NCBI GenBank assembly: GCA_000092065.1
Contig: CP000595.1
Direction: 5' to 3' (one strand)
DNA length: 64,000 bases
From: Ostreococcus lucimarinus
Taxonomy: Eukaryota
A program made the position numbers and the translations under genes. The notes beneath the pieces are model-generated. The model ran no database searches. It was not told the DNA's origin and was given only the letters and a program-made list of their open reading frames with translations. Below, piece by piece: positions 18,652 through 28,491 of this stretch. The stretch's first letter is position 1. Each line of letters starts with the position of its first letter.

Positions 18652-20085
18652 CTAAAGGAAATCGAACAATCGCAAAATGGCGTCGAAGACGCCGACGGCG
18701 ACTTTTTCATCCATCACGGCGTCGACATCGATGGCGACTTCGTCAGCCATGAGGGCGGTTTCCGCGATTTTCTGAAACGCGTATTGCGCGGCGATTAACG
18801 CCGCGATGGCGGCGGTTTTCGCGTTGACGGCGTTGGGAGAGCTAATGTCGGAATCTTCGCGTTGACACGCGTTCATGGTGTTCACGTGCTCGCCCTCGTC
18901 GTCGCGAATGTTGCTAAAGACGTCGAACAGCGATCTGATTTGCGGACGTCTCAAGCGCACCTCTCTCGCGGTTTGGAACTCGTCGAAAAGGTACAAATCG
19001 GCGGCTTCGTAATATTCGACGGCGATTCTCGGCGCGGGCATGCTCTTCAGGAGCTCGGCGTTTTGATCGACGAATTGCCCGTACGTGTCCACGGCGTGTC
19101 CCTCGATGAGCTCTGAGAAGTTATACGCCAACGCCGGAGATATGAGCCACAGCGCGACGAGCACGAAGTAATACACGATGGCGGCGTGCTGGCCCAAAAA
19201 ACGATCCCGCCAACACGCGTCGCCGCCGAGCGACTCCATGACGAGCAGATGATGATACTCGTTCCATTCCTCCGCGAAGTGCACTTTACGAAGCTCCGAG
19301 CTTCGTCGCCACCATCCCAAGATTTCATAAAACGTCAGCATGGACGTGTAACTAAAGTACGGCATCCTCGCGACGGTTTCAAGAAACCAAAACCGTTGCA
19401 CCGGCTGCGTCTCGTCGAACAATTTATCCAACATCACGCACAGCGCCACGTACGGCACCTTCAGTATCCAAGGCGCCGAAATCTCCGGCCTCGCTCGCTC
19501 CCGCGCCCAAATCGCGTCCGCGTCCAATCGCAGCGCGTCCATCTTCGCCCGCAACTCGGCCGGCATCGCGTCTCGCGCCTTCTCCGTCTCTGGCGTATTC
19601 GCGTCGAAATACGCCATCATCTCTCTGAGCTCGCGCGCGAAGTTCTCGGTGCCGCTCTGCAAAAACCCTCGCGGCACACCGTGTCGTTCGATGTCGATGT
19701 AGCACCCTCGCAAGCTCGCGATGTAGCCGTACGAACACGAAAACTCGACGTCGTCGTCGTCGTCTCGCGACGCCTCCCTCGCGAGCGTCGCCGCCGCGTA
19801 CGCCAGCTCCGCTTTCGCCAGCGCCGCCTTCGCCGCGTCGCGAGACGCCCGCAGGGCGTCGACGTCGGTGTTTCGCGCGATCGCGGCCCTCGTTTCGCGC
19901 GTCGTCGCGCTCGCGAAGGCGTCGGCGACGTCTTCCGGGACGTCGGCACCGTCCTCGACGCCGTCGCGCGTCGCGCGCGCGCGACGCCGCGCGCGCGACG
20001 TCGCGAGACGCCGACCGCGCCTCGGTCCGTTCGCGCGCGCGACGACGCGCGCGCGCGACGGCGCGACGGCGCGCGGCGTCGTCAT
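18652..20085 (-). CDS. Alternative oxidase family di-iron quinol oxidase, most like plastid terminal oxidase (PTOX/IMMUTANS).
   Basis: Iron-ligand motifs FLETVARMPYF, EEWNEYHHLLVME, ELIEGHAVDTY and IRDDEGEHVNTM. The PYF and HHLL variants favour PTOX over mitochondrial AOX. The track's 5' extension from 20943 is low-complexity, so the start was moved to the ATG at 20085 (MTTPRAV...). Confidence 0.7.
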   Translation of the reverse strand: MTTPRAVAPSRARVVARANGPRRGRRLATSRARRRARATRDGVEDGADVPEDVADAFASATTRETRAAIARNTDVDALRASRDAAKAALAKAELAYAAATLAREASRDDDDDVEFSCSYGYIASLRGCYIDIERHGVPRGFLQSGTENFARELREMMAYFDANTPETEKARDAMPAELRAKMDALRLDADAIWARERARPEISAPWILKVPYVALCVMLDKLFDETQPVQRFWFLETVARMPYFSYTSMLTFYEILGWWRRSSELRKVHFAEEWNEYHHLLVMESLGGDACWRDRFLGQHAAIVYYFVLVALWLISPALAYNFSELIEGHAVDTYGQFVDQNAELLKSMPAPRIAVEYYEAADLYLFDEFQTAREVRLRRPQIRSLFDVFSNIRDDEGEHVNTMNACQREDSDISSPNAVNAKTAAIAALIAAQYAFQKIAETALMADEVAIDVDAVMDEKVAVGVFDAILRLFDFL

Positions 20086-20114
20086 GACGCCGACCGCCGA
20101 CGACGCGCCAAACA

Positions 20115-21305
20115 ATGACGCGATGTTCGACGGCTCGCCTCGCGACGCCGAGCCCGCGCGCGCGCGCGCGCGACGCGCGCGCTCGAGCGGTTCGCGACGA
20201 CGCCCCCGCGCGCTGGCGATGTCCGGCGTGCCTTCGACGGGGCGCGCGGGAGCGGTTGCGGTCGGAGCGGGACGCCAACTGTATCGACGGCGGCGATGAA
20301 AAACGCGCCGCGGCGACGTATCGCTGCGCGAACGGACACGCGCTCGACGCGAGCGCGTCTGGGTACGTGAATTTGTTCGTCGGGAAGCGCGCGCGAGGGG
20401 ACTCGAGGGCGCAGCTGCGCGCGAGACGGCGATTTTTGGTCGAGGGCGGGCACTTCGGCGCGCTGAGCGAGGCGGTGGCGGACGCGGTGTTGGGACGCGC
20501 GGCGGACGCGCGCGATGGGGACGCGGAATTAGGGTTAGCGGTAGAATTAAGGTCTGGAGGCGATGCGGCGTCGACGACGGCGACGTCGCCACGAGCGAGA
20601 CGCATGGCGCGGAAGCGGGAAGCGAGGAGCGAAGCGCGCGCGGCGAATCCGAACGCGGCGAACCCGAACGCGGCGTCGGCGAAGGTGAAGGCGAAACCGC
20701 TCCGAGTGGTCGATTTCGGGTGCGGTGAGGGCTATTATTCATCCGTCGTGCTCGAGCGCGCGAGAGCGCGGGATGACGTCGAGTTGGAACTCGCGGCGTT
20801 GGACGCTTCGAAGGACGCCGCCGATTTGTGCGCGGCGGCCATCGGCCGATTCGCGCGCGTCGCCGTCGCTGACGCGACGCGCGATTTGCCCCTGGACGAT
20901 GATAGCGTAGACGTCGCCATGAGTGTATTCGCACCGCGTTCACCGACGGAGCTCGCGAGGGTACTAAGGAAAGGCGGTCGAGCCGTCGTCGCGAGTCCGG
21001 ACGACGATCACATGGTCGAGCTTCGCGACGCGTTCCGGGACGACGACAAAATCACCGTCCTCGGCGTCGAGCCGAACAAGTCCACTCGCGTTGATGAAGC
21101 TTTTCTTGCCGCCGGGTTCGACGTCGTGTTCCGACGCGCGATTCGCGACGTGGTTCCGCTTCCCGCCGACGCCGTAGCCGATCTCGTCTTCATGGGTCCG
21201 AGTGGCTTTCACAACCCAGAATCAGCTATTCGCGACGCAGTCGGCGATGCCCCGCGTGTCGTGACGATATCGTTTAACGTTGTCGTGTACGCTTTGCTTC
21301 GGTGA
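20115..21305 (+). CDS. RlmA/RrmA-like class I SAM-dependent methyltransferase (23S rRNA G-N1 methyltransferase family) with an N-terminal zinc ribbon.
   Basis: Zinc ribbon WRCPACLRRG...YRCANGHALDASASGYVNLF (RlmA-like CPxC...C..GH..GYVNLL). SAM motif I VVDFGCGEGYY and motif II-like VDVAMSVFAP. Confidence 0.65.
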   Translation: MTRCSTARLATPSPRARARDARARAVRDDAPARWRCPACLRRGARERLRSERDANCIDGGDEKRAAATYRCANGHALDASASGYVNLFVGKRARGDSRAQLRARRRFLVEGGHFGALSEAVADAVLGRAADARDGDAELGLAVELRSGGDAASTTATSPRARRMARKREARSEARAANPNAANPNAASAKVKAKPLRVVDFGCGEGYYSSVVLERARARDDVELELAALDASKDAADLCAAAIGRFARVAVADATRDLPLDDDSVDVAMSVFAPRSPTELARVLRKGGRAVVASPDDDHMVELRDAFRDDDKITVLGVEPNKSTRVDEAFLAAGFDVVFRRAIRDVVPLPADAVADLVFMGPSGFHNPESAIRDAVGDAPRVVTISFNVVVYALLR

Positions 21306-21411
21306 TGCTGTGCCCATAGACTCCCGTATCGTCGTGTTGTTTGTCAATCAAGCAATCAATTGTGTGCTCGCGCTACAATATCTAGTTAAAAATTCAAAGA
21401 ATGGAACTGGT

Positions 21412-23280
21412 TTACTGATTGATGGACGCCATCGTGCGCACGACGACGTGCCCGAGTCCTTCGTCAAAGGCGATACCGTTCTGAGTCAACCAGCGCATGA
21501 TGTCGCCGTGAATAACGCGTCCGCCGCGGCTGTGATTCCCTCGCCCGGTGATGAGTTTGATTGACCAGTCCGAACTCACCATTGGCGCTATCTTCAGCAG
21601 TTCGCGCTCGAGACGTCGAATCGCGTCCAACCTATCGTAACCGTGGAAATCAATGACGCGATTGAAGCCTCGATTATCGTTGTCCGCTGTCGAAGGTGCT
21701 ACAACCTCGGTATCAATCGACTCGAGCGCCTGCTTCAATTTCGCCTTTTCGCCGAGCAACGCCGCGGCGCGTGTATCGCCCCTATCTCTCTGCACTCGCA
21801 AGCGCGACATTTCTTCAGAGAGCTCTTCTAGACGCGCGGCGTTTCTATCCGACAAATTTACGCTTAACCTCTGCGTCTTCGCCTTTGGACCTTGTAGGAA
21901 CGCCAAGTGTTTTGCAGCGTTTATGATTTCCGCGCGCGCCCCGCTGACTTCCCAATTCGGCGTCGAGCTGGGCGGCGGCTTAGAGACCCAAGTCGTCCCG
22001 CTCGTGATTGTCACCTCTCGTCGGTCGGTACCTAATCCGGCGGCTTGGAGACGGCGCGTAGTTTCCTCATCACGAGCTTTCCGACGTTGCGCTTTCGCTT
22101 GTGCGCGGCGGATCTTCTTGCTCAGCCCTTTGCTGATTCCTTCCTTCTTGGAAGAATTGTCTTCGGATTCGGGTTCGGAGTCATATTCGGATTCGGATCC
22201 ATATTCGTCGTCTTCCGTATCGTACTCCGAATAGTATTCATCGTTGTCGTACATGTCCTCGATGTCCGGCGCGATGCTGGCCAACAAATCTTGCGCCGTC
22301 GCCTCCATGTCGTAGCCAAATCGAATGAACGTCGTCTTCACAAACTCTGGATGATGCTCCTCGAACATCTCGCACAAGCTCAAGTACTCGCGTCGTATGT
22401 TATTTCGTCGTTTTTCCTCCTTCAGTGCCTGCTTTTTCGCCTCGGCGACGGCGCGTTCCGCCATTTCCTCCGCCGTCAACGGCCGCGCCTCCTCGCGCGC
22501 CTTTGCCTTCGCCTTCGCCGCCGCGATTTGTTTCTTCGTCATATACTCCGGTCGCGTCGACGTCGCGCGCGGTGCCGCCTCGCTCGTTCGCCCCAACGAG
22601 TGTTTGTTCTTAGTCGGACTCGCCAATCCCGGAATCGCCGACGAAGATCCCGAGTGCCGCCCCGAATCGCTCGTCTCGCCCCCGAATCCAAAATCGACGC
22701 TGCCGTCTCTCATCTTCACTCCTAGCCGACACTCCAACCGCAGCGCCTCATCGCTCGCGCCCAACGCCCGCAAATCCAACCCCTCGTCTCGCGCCAAATC
22801 CTCCGCGACGACGTCGCCCAGAGTTCTCCACTCCATCGTCTCCGGCGCGAACACCGACACGTGCGGCGTCGCCGGCGTCTCCAGCCCCGTCAGCTCGCGA
22901 TCCATCTCGATCGACACCGCCATCACCATCGCGCGCGGTCGCACGCACGCGTGCGTCATCGTCACCGTCACCGCGCGCGATCGCCGTCGCCGCGCGAGCT
23001 CGAGCACTCGCGTCGTCGCGTCTCGATCCGGCGCGTGCGCGAGCGTCACGTGATCCGCCGACGATTTCGCGCCCGGCGGCGCGCACGACATCCCCAGCAG
23101 TCGGTGCGCGAGCGCCCACACCTTTCGGCGCGCGTCGGCGTCCAGGAACAGGCCGGCGTAGTGCGCGTCGCCGTCGCCGTCGTCATCATCGCGCGCCATG
23201 ATGTGAAGCGACGCGCGCGCGCGGCGTCGTCCGTCGGCACACGGCGACGCGCGCGCGCGCGGCGTCGCGAGCGAACGCAT
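21412..23280 (-). CDS. Smr (small MutS-related) domain protein of the DUF1771/N4BP2-like type.
   Basis: C-terminus VIDFHGYDRLDAIRRLERELLKI...LITGRGNHSRGGRVIHGDIMRWL matches the Smr signature (LH....A.......TGKG.HS.). Confidence 0.6.
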   Translation of the reverse strand: MRSLATPRARASPCADGRRRARASLHIMARDDDDGDGDAHYAGLFLDADARRKVWALAHRLLGMSCAPPGAKSSADHVTLAHAPDRDATTRVLELARRRRSRAVTVTMTHACVRPRAMVMAVSIEMDRELTGLETPATPHVSVFAPETMEWRTLGDVVAEDLARDEGLDLRALGASDEALRLECRLGVKMRDGSVDFGFGGETSDSGRHSGSSSAIPGLASPTKNKHSLGRTSEAAPRATSTRPEYMTKKQIAAAKAKAKAREEARPLTAEEMAERAVAEAKKQALKEEKRRNNIRREYLSLCEMFEEHHPEFVKTTFIRFGYDMEATAQDLLASIAPDIEDMYDNDEYYSEYDTEDDEYGSESEYDSEPESEDNSSKKEGISKGLSKKIRRAQAKAQRRKARDEETTRRLQAAGLGTDRREVTITSGTTWVSKPPPSSTPNWEVSGARAEIINAAKHLAFLQGPKAKTQRLSVNLSDRNAARLEELSEEMSRLRVQRDRGDTRAAALLGEKAKLKQALESIDTEVVAPSTADNDNRGFNRVIDFHGYDRLDAIRRLERELLKIAPMVSSDWSIKLITGRGNHSRGGRVIHGDIMRWLTQNGIAFDEGLGHVVVRTMASINQ

Positions 23281-23424
23281 CGCGCAAACCGCGCGTCGAG
23301 CGCTCGACGTCGCGCGCGAACCGCGACGCGAAATCGTCGAACGGCGCGCGAATCGTCGCGAATCGCGAGAGGCAACGGTGACGGACGAGACGACGACGCG
23401 CGGCGTCGCGCGACGACGGCGACG

Positions 23425-23604
23425 ATGCTGCTGCGGCGTGGAGAGTTTGTGTTTCTAGCGGCGGTGCTCGTGGGGGCGTACGGCGTCGATCGAGGGATCA
23501 CGGCGCTGGTGGCGGCGACGTGCGCGTACTACGCGGCGAGGTGGGCGACGAGGCGACGAGGCGAGACGGACGCGCGAGGGAACGAAGACGACGAACGACG
23601 ACGA

Positions 23605-23636
<32 letters not shown>

Positions 23637-26600
23637 ACTGACGGGAGGCGGTGGTGCTGCGCGACGTAGGTTTTTCTTGCTGAAGCGAGCGATACGGGCG
23701 ATACGAAGATTGAAAGAGCTGCGCGAGGCGGCGATGAAGCGGTCGAACGAGCTTCGAGGGGTGTTGCTCGAGGAGTATAAGATTCGAGCGTTTCAGAGCG
23801 TGTCGCTGAAGTTGTTCGACATGCCGCATCAGCCGCGGCGAATGCGACAGGCGGTGCGAATTTGGCGGGCGTGGCGGGTGCAGACGAAGCTCAAGGCGAA
23901 ATTAAAGGATATTCGCGGCGACGGGTTGAGCGTGCTGCACAAGACGGAGGAGGATTTGCGAGAGGCGATGTCGGCGCACGGATTGGCGACGATGCCGCCG
24001 AGCGGGGGAGCGATGCATTTAGATCCGACGTTGGAGGCTTTGAAGGCGTGCTCGGCGTGTCGTGGGATGTCGGAGAGCGCTTTGGCGACGCTTCGCTCGC
24101 GGGCGAAAACCGTCGTCGTGCGCCCGAAAGAGCGCGTGGGCGAATCGGTGGCGCGCGACGAGTTGACCGTGTTGGTCGACGGCGAGGTTGATTTGCGAGG
24201 ACAGATAGAGATTGATGTGAGTGTGCGAGGAGACGTCGAGCAGAAAGCGATGACGACTTTGTGTTCGCGGCCGGGAACGTGCTTGAATTCTTTCATGGAT
24301 ATATTAGAACACATTCCGGCGCCGGCTGAGGCGAACGAAGGAGAAGACGCGGCGCGTGCGCTTTCGTCACCATCGGTTGACGGTTTGGGCGAAGAATCGA
24401 CGCCAGCGATGTCACTGAAATCTCATGACGAGAGTGGAGAGCGCGTGCGCGTGCGTCTGACGTTTGGTTCGGATCACGAGCTTCACCGGCGCGATCGCGT
24501 GCGCGTCTCTGCGCGCGCCGCCAATCGAGGTTGCGTCTTAGCGGTGTTTCGCATGTCGGATTATCACGAGTGCGCTGGCACTGTGATTGGCACCCAAGGG
24601 GTGGCGCTGAGACTCGCGAGTGGGTTCGCGGCGGTGTGCAAGTATGTGGGCATGATGGGGGACATGAGATCGCTCTGGGTGCACGATAGAGGCGCCGACG
24701 AGCCGCAACCGAGCGACAGCGACGAAGAGGCACTTGTATGCACACACGCGTTATCTCGGATGCTGGACGCCAAAGTAGTGAGCTTGATTGATACGAGTGG
24801 CGTTATTGCTACGTTGGAGCGACATGGGTACAGAAAACGTAGCTCCGGAGCGGCGTCGAAGAGCGGCGGATTCTTCGCTAGGCGCAAGGAAAAGAAGAAC
24901 GCTGAGCCAGAACCAGAGCCGACGTCGGAAGTCTCGGTCGAGACGAAAGTGTTTCCTCCTGGTGCGATCGTGTTACAACAAGGTGCTTCAGCCGCTGCAC
25001 TCATCGTCGAACGAGGCTCGCTAGAAGCGCTCGTCGAAGCAGTACCATCCTCGAGACGAGAAAAGCCACCGCTACCGAATTCCTCGCCGCGAATTCGTCA
25101 GGCATCAGAGACGCCAATTTTCACCGCCAACGTCGGCGACATCGTTGGTTCACATTTGCTGTTGACTGGTCAGCGCAGCGGTCTGACGATTCGTGCTGGT
25201 TCGAGCGGTGCCGTTGTGGTTTTGCTTCCGTTGAGTACCCTGGCTCGCTTGGGCCGCACGCGCGCTGCCATAACACATAAGATGGTCGTGTCACTCGCAC
25301 GAAGAGTGCGCGACGCACCGAGCTCACTGATTTGGGATCGATGTGGCGCTGAAATGGAAACGCTCGAGGCGGGTGAAGCTTTAAATGCGCGTGCAGGCGG
25401 CGTGCACATCGTCGTCACGGGTTGCCTGCGGGAACAGATGGAAGAACCCCACGGGCTATCGCGCGCGAATTCTTCGCAAAATTTGTTCAAGCGACGAAAG
25501 TCGCAAAGTGGTAAGTCTACCGCTGCGTACGTTCCAAGTGGTCCTGGCTACGTCGTGAGCCCTGGCGAGGCGACTGGAGAAGATTCGGTTCTCATGGAAA
25601 CCACCGCATCGCGACCCATGGCGGCGACGCCGAGATCGAGACGGCAGAGCTTGATGGCACCCGCGGCTAGGTTCACAGCGCGTGCTGTGCGAGACTCGCA
25701 AGTGTTATGGATATCATCCGCCGGATTGGACACGCTCGCGTTCGCCGCGCCCACGGCATTCGTACGCCTGGCGCGCGGTTTGGGTTTGCGTCAGGCCAAT
25801 CGTACGGCGGCGTTGTCCGGAACCGCGCACACGGCGCCTCTGATTCCTGGTTTAGTGCTTTCCCAGAAGGCGTCCAACGCGCCGAAGACAGTCTCAGTCA
25901 TTCCCGTCACCGAAGGTGCCGCCGTTCATTTGGACGAATTTTGCTACTCCTTAGCCTTCGCGCTGAGTAAGATTTGTCGCGCGAGAACAGTGGACTCCGC
26001 GTGCCGGCTTGGGGAACTCGGACAAGCCGCTATCGGACCGCTCGCACAAGAAGCGACGGCGAATTGGCTTTCTCAACTTGAATCAGCGTATGACGTCGTG
26101 ATCTTGAAAGGGGATCCTTTCCCGTCGCCTTGGTGCGCACAATGCGCTCGACACAGCGATACCATTTTGCTCGTCGCCAACGCAAACGATCAAGCGCCGA
26201 CGCACGAGGAAGGGCAAACTCTACAAGATCGCCTTCTTCACGGTCTCGGTGAGACAAAATTTCAACGCGTCTTGCTTGCTCAACGAGAACTTGTGCTTTT
26301 GCACCAAGACGCCGATGTGACGCCCAAGGATACGAAATCTTGGCTCACGGCGTTCAGCGTCCAACGTCATCATCACGTCGCCATGCAGGCGTCTTCTGGT
26401 CTCGTGCCGTCGCATGCCGCGCGTCTCGCCCGCTCACTTCGCGAGTTATCCGTTGGTTTAGTCATGGGTGGTGGAGGTGCACGTGGGTTGGCTCACGTGG
26501 GTGTTCTCGCGGCGATGGAAGAAGAGGGCGTTCCGATCGACGCCGTCGGCGGTACGTCCATCGGCGCCATGGTCGGCGGCATGTACGCTCGCGACCCTAG

Positions 26601-27648
26601 CGCCCTTCTCGTTCGCATCATGGTGACGAAGTTTGCCAAGGAAATGTCTAGCGCGTGGGGACGCGTGATCGATCTCACCCTTCCCGTCGTCAGTTACTTC
26701 ACCGGCTGGGGCATGAACCGTGCGCTCGGCATAAATCTCGGCGAAACGAAAATCGAAGACTGCTGGCTGCCGTTCTTTTGCTGCACGCTCGATTTAATCT
26801 CGTGCATGCCAATCGTGCACCGAAACGGTACGCTTTGGCGCTACGTGCGCGCGAGCATGGCACTTGTCGGTTTTTTACCTCCCGTGTGTGACACCGAGCA
26901 AGGACAACAGAAGAACATGCACGTGCTCGTGGACGGCGGATACGTCAATAATCTACCCACGGATGTCATGCGCGCGTTGGGCGCGCACTACGTCATCGCC
27001 GTCGACGTCGCGGGCGAAGGCTTGGATGGGCAATCGCTTACGCCTTGGGGCGATGGTATCAGCGGCACGTGGTTGCTTTTGCGACGACTCCTTCCGCGAT
27101 GGCTCGGTGGTGGACATTCCATCCCGACCATGGCGGACATGCAAGGGCAGCTTCCGTTTGTCACCGACACCGTCAAGCACCAAACGCGCTTGGAAGACAT
27201 CGACGTGTACATTCGTCCGAATGTCTCGAGCATCGGGATTTTGGAATTCAACAAGTACAGCGCCATCATTCGTCACGGTTACGACATCGGTATCAAGATG
27301 GCGCGCGAGTGGAAGTCTGAAAATCCCGACGTCGCGTTACTACTCGAGCAAGGGAGAAACATTCGTCGCGGCTTGACGACGATGCGGTCGGCTCGCTCGG
27401 GCAATCCGAGCGCGACAAACTCACGAGAATCCATCGCTAGCGACTCGGGCAGTGACGCAACCTCGGCGTACGGCAGCGCGGAGGATTTGCACAACCACCG
27501 TCACACCCTCAAGCCACTCAGCGAAGGTTTGCTGAGCGAATTCTCCGACGACGACGACGTCCATGTCCGCTCCCTGCTGCGAACCAATAGTTCATTCGCG
27601 AGCTGGACACCCGCACCGAAACAAAAACGGCCACCAGACATGTTTTAA
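23425..27648 (+). CDS. Neuropathy target esterase / Swiss-cheese-like patatin phospholipase. It has an N-terminal transmembrane segment and cyclic-nucleotide-binding-like domains.
   Basis: Patatin motifs LVMGGGGARGLAHVGVL (GGxRG), VGGTSIGAMVGG (GxSxG) and VLVDGGYVNNLP (DGG dyad Asp). cNMP-binding-like regions lie upstream (PPGAIVLQQGASAAALIVERGSLEAL). The start was moved to ATG 23425 (MLLRRGEFVFLAAVLVGAYG, hydrophobic), because the track start at 22861 overlaps the Smr gene. Confidence 0.8.
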
Positions 27649-27681
27649 TTCGTGTACCACAACGCTGCTACGCTAGATAGA

Positions 27682-27693
27682 TGTAAATTTACA
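27682..27693. terminator. Palindromic poly(A)-signal element TGTAAATTTACA, which gives a TGTAA on both strands between two convergent genes.
   Basis: TGTAA is the usual green-algal poly(A) signal. The perfect palindrome sits in the 60-bp gap between the NTE stop (27648) and the zinc-finger gene stop (27709). Confidence 0.45.
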
Positions 27694-27708
27694 ATCATTT
27701 GTTTGTTT

Positions 27709-28437
27709 CTAAGAGTACGGTTTGTTCGAACGTGGCAGCTCCCCGCTGACGCGTTGGCGATGCCATTTCCCTTGAACATGTTCCGCCCGCTGCGCCTCGC
27801 TCGTGAACACTTTGCGACACAATTCACAGTGTGGTCCAGGAGGTGGTTTCACGTACCTCCGCCCACCAACACCGCTCGCGCCACCCCCCCCGGCAGCGCT
27901 TCGCACGTTGCTCAAATGCTTCTTCCCGCGCGCGTGCTCGGCGTACTGCGCGTCGCTCGTAAAGTCCATCTGGCACACCTCGCACCGCGGTCGATCCGCG
28001 CGTTTCGCCAAGCGCCGCTCGAGTTCATTTTTAAACGTCCCCGGCGCGTCCTTGCCCTCCCCGTCCGCGCGCGAACCAGCCGGAATCGGCGCGCCACGCG
28101 CGCCGACGCTCGACTTGCCCAAAAACGACCCTCGCGCCCCTTTCCCCTTGTAATCGTTCCCTTCCGGCAGCAACGCCGCGGGAAGCGGTTCTATGCGCGG
28201 TAAATCGTCTCCTCCCACGATGACCTCCACATCATCATCGCTCGACGCTTCCCGGCGCTTCCGTCGTCGTTTCTTTGCTTCCTTTTTTTCTTTTTTTTGC
28301 TTCTTCTTTCGCTTCTTTTCCTTTGACGACGACGACGACGACGCGCTTTCGCTCTCGCTCTCGCTCGGGAGCTCGGCGAGACGTTTTTCTAACGCCTCGA
28401 GCTCGGCATCGATCGCGTTCAGCGCCTCGCGCGGCAT
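27709..28437 (-). CDS. Zinc-finger protein with two U1/matrin-type C2H2 fingers and a Lys-rich region.
   Basis: CEVCQMDFTSDAQYAEHARGKKH and CELCRKVFTSEAQRAEHVQGKWH are C-x2-C-x12-H-x5-H matrin/U1-type fingers. There is also a KEKKRKKKQKKEKKEAKKRRRK stretch. Confidence 0.6.
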   Translation of the reverse strand: MPREALNAIDAELEALEKRLAELPSESESESASSSSSSKEKKRKKKQKKEKKEAKKRRRKRREASSDDDVEVIVGGDDLPRIEPLPAALLPEGNDYKGKGARGSFLGKSSVGARGAPIPAGSRADGEGKDAPGTFKNELERRLAKRADRPRCEVCQMDFTSDAQYAEHARGKKHLSNVRSAAGGGGASGVGGRRYVKPPPGPHCELCRKVFTSEAQRAEHVQGKWHRQRVSGELPRSNKPYS

Positions 28438-28439
28438 CG

Positions 28440-28490
28440 CGGGCGTGTCCCAGTGTAACGACTTTCACTGGGACACCGCATTGGGACACG
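28440..28490. promoter_or_regulatory. Three copies of TGGGACAC (one inverted, two direct) inside a 55-bp divergent promoter between the zinc-finger gene and the RluA gene.
   Basis: cgtgtcccagtgtaacgactttcactgggacaccgcattgggacacgc. The 11-bp inverted repeat gtgtcccagtg / cactgggacac is separated by 13 nt and followed by a third direct copy. Confidence 0.5.
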
Positions 28491-28491
28491 C

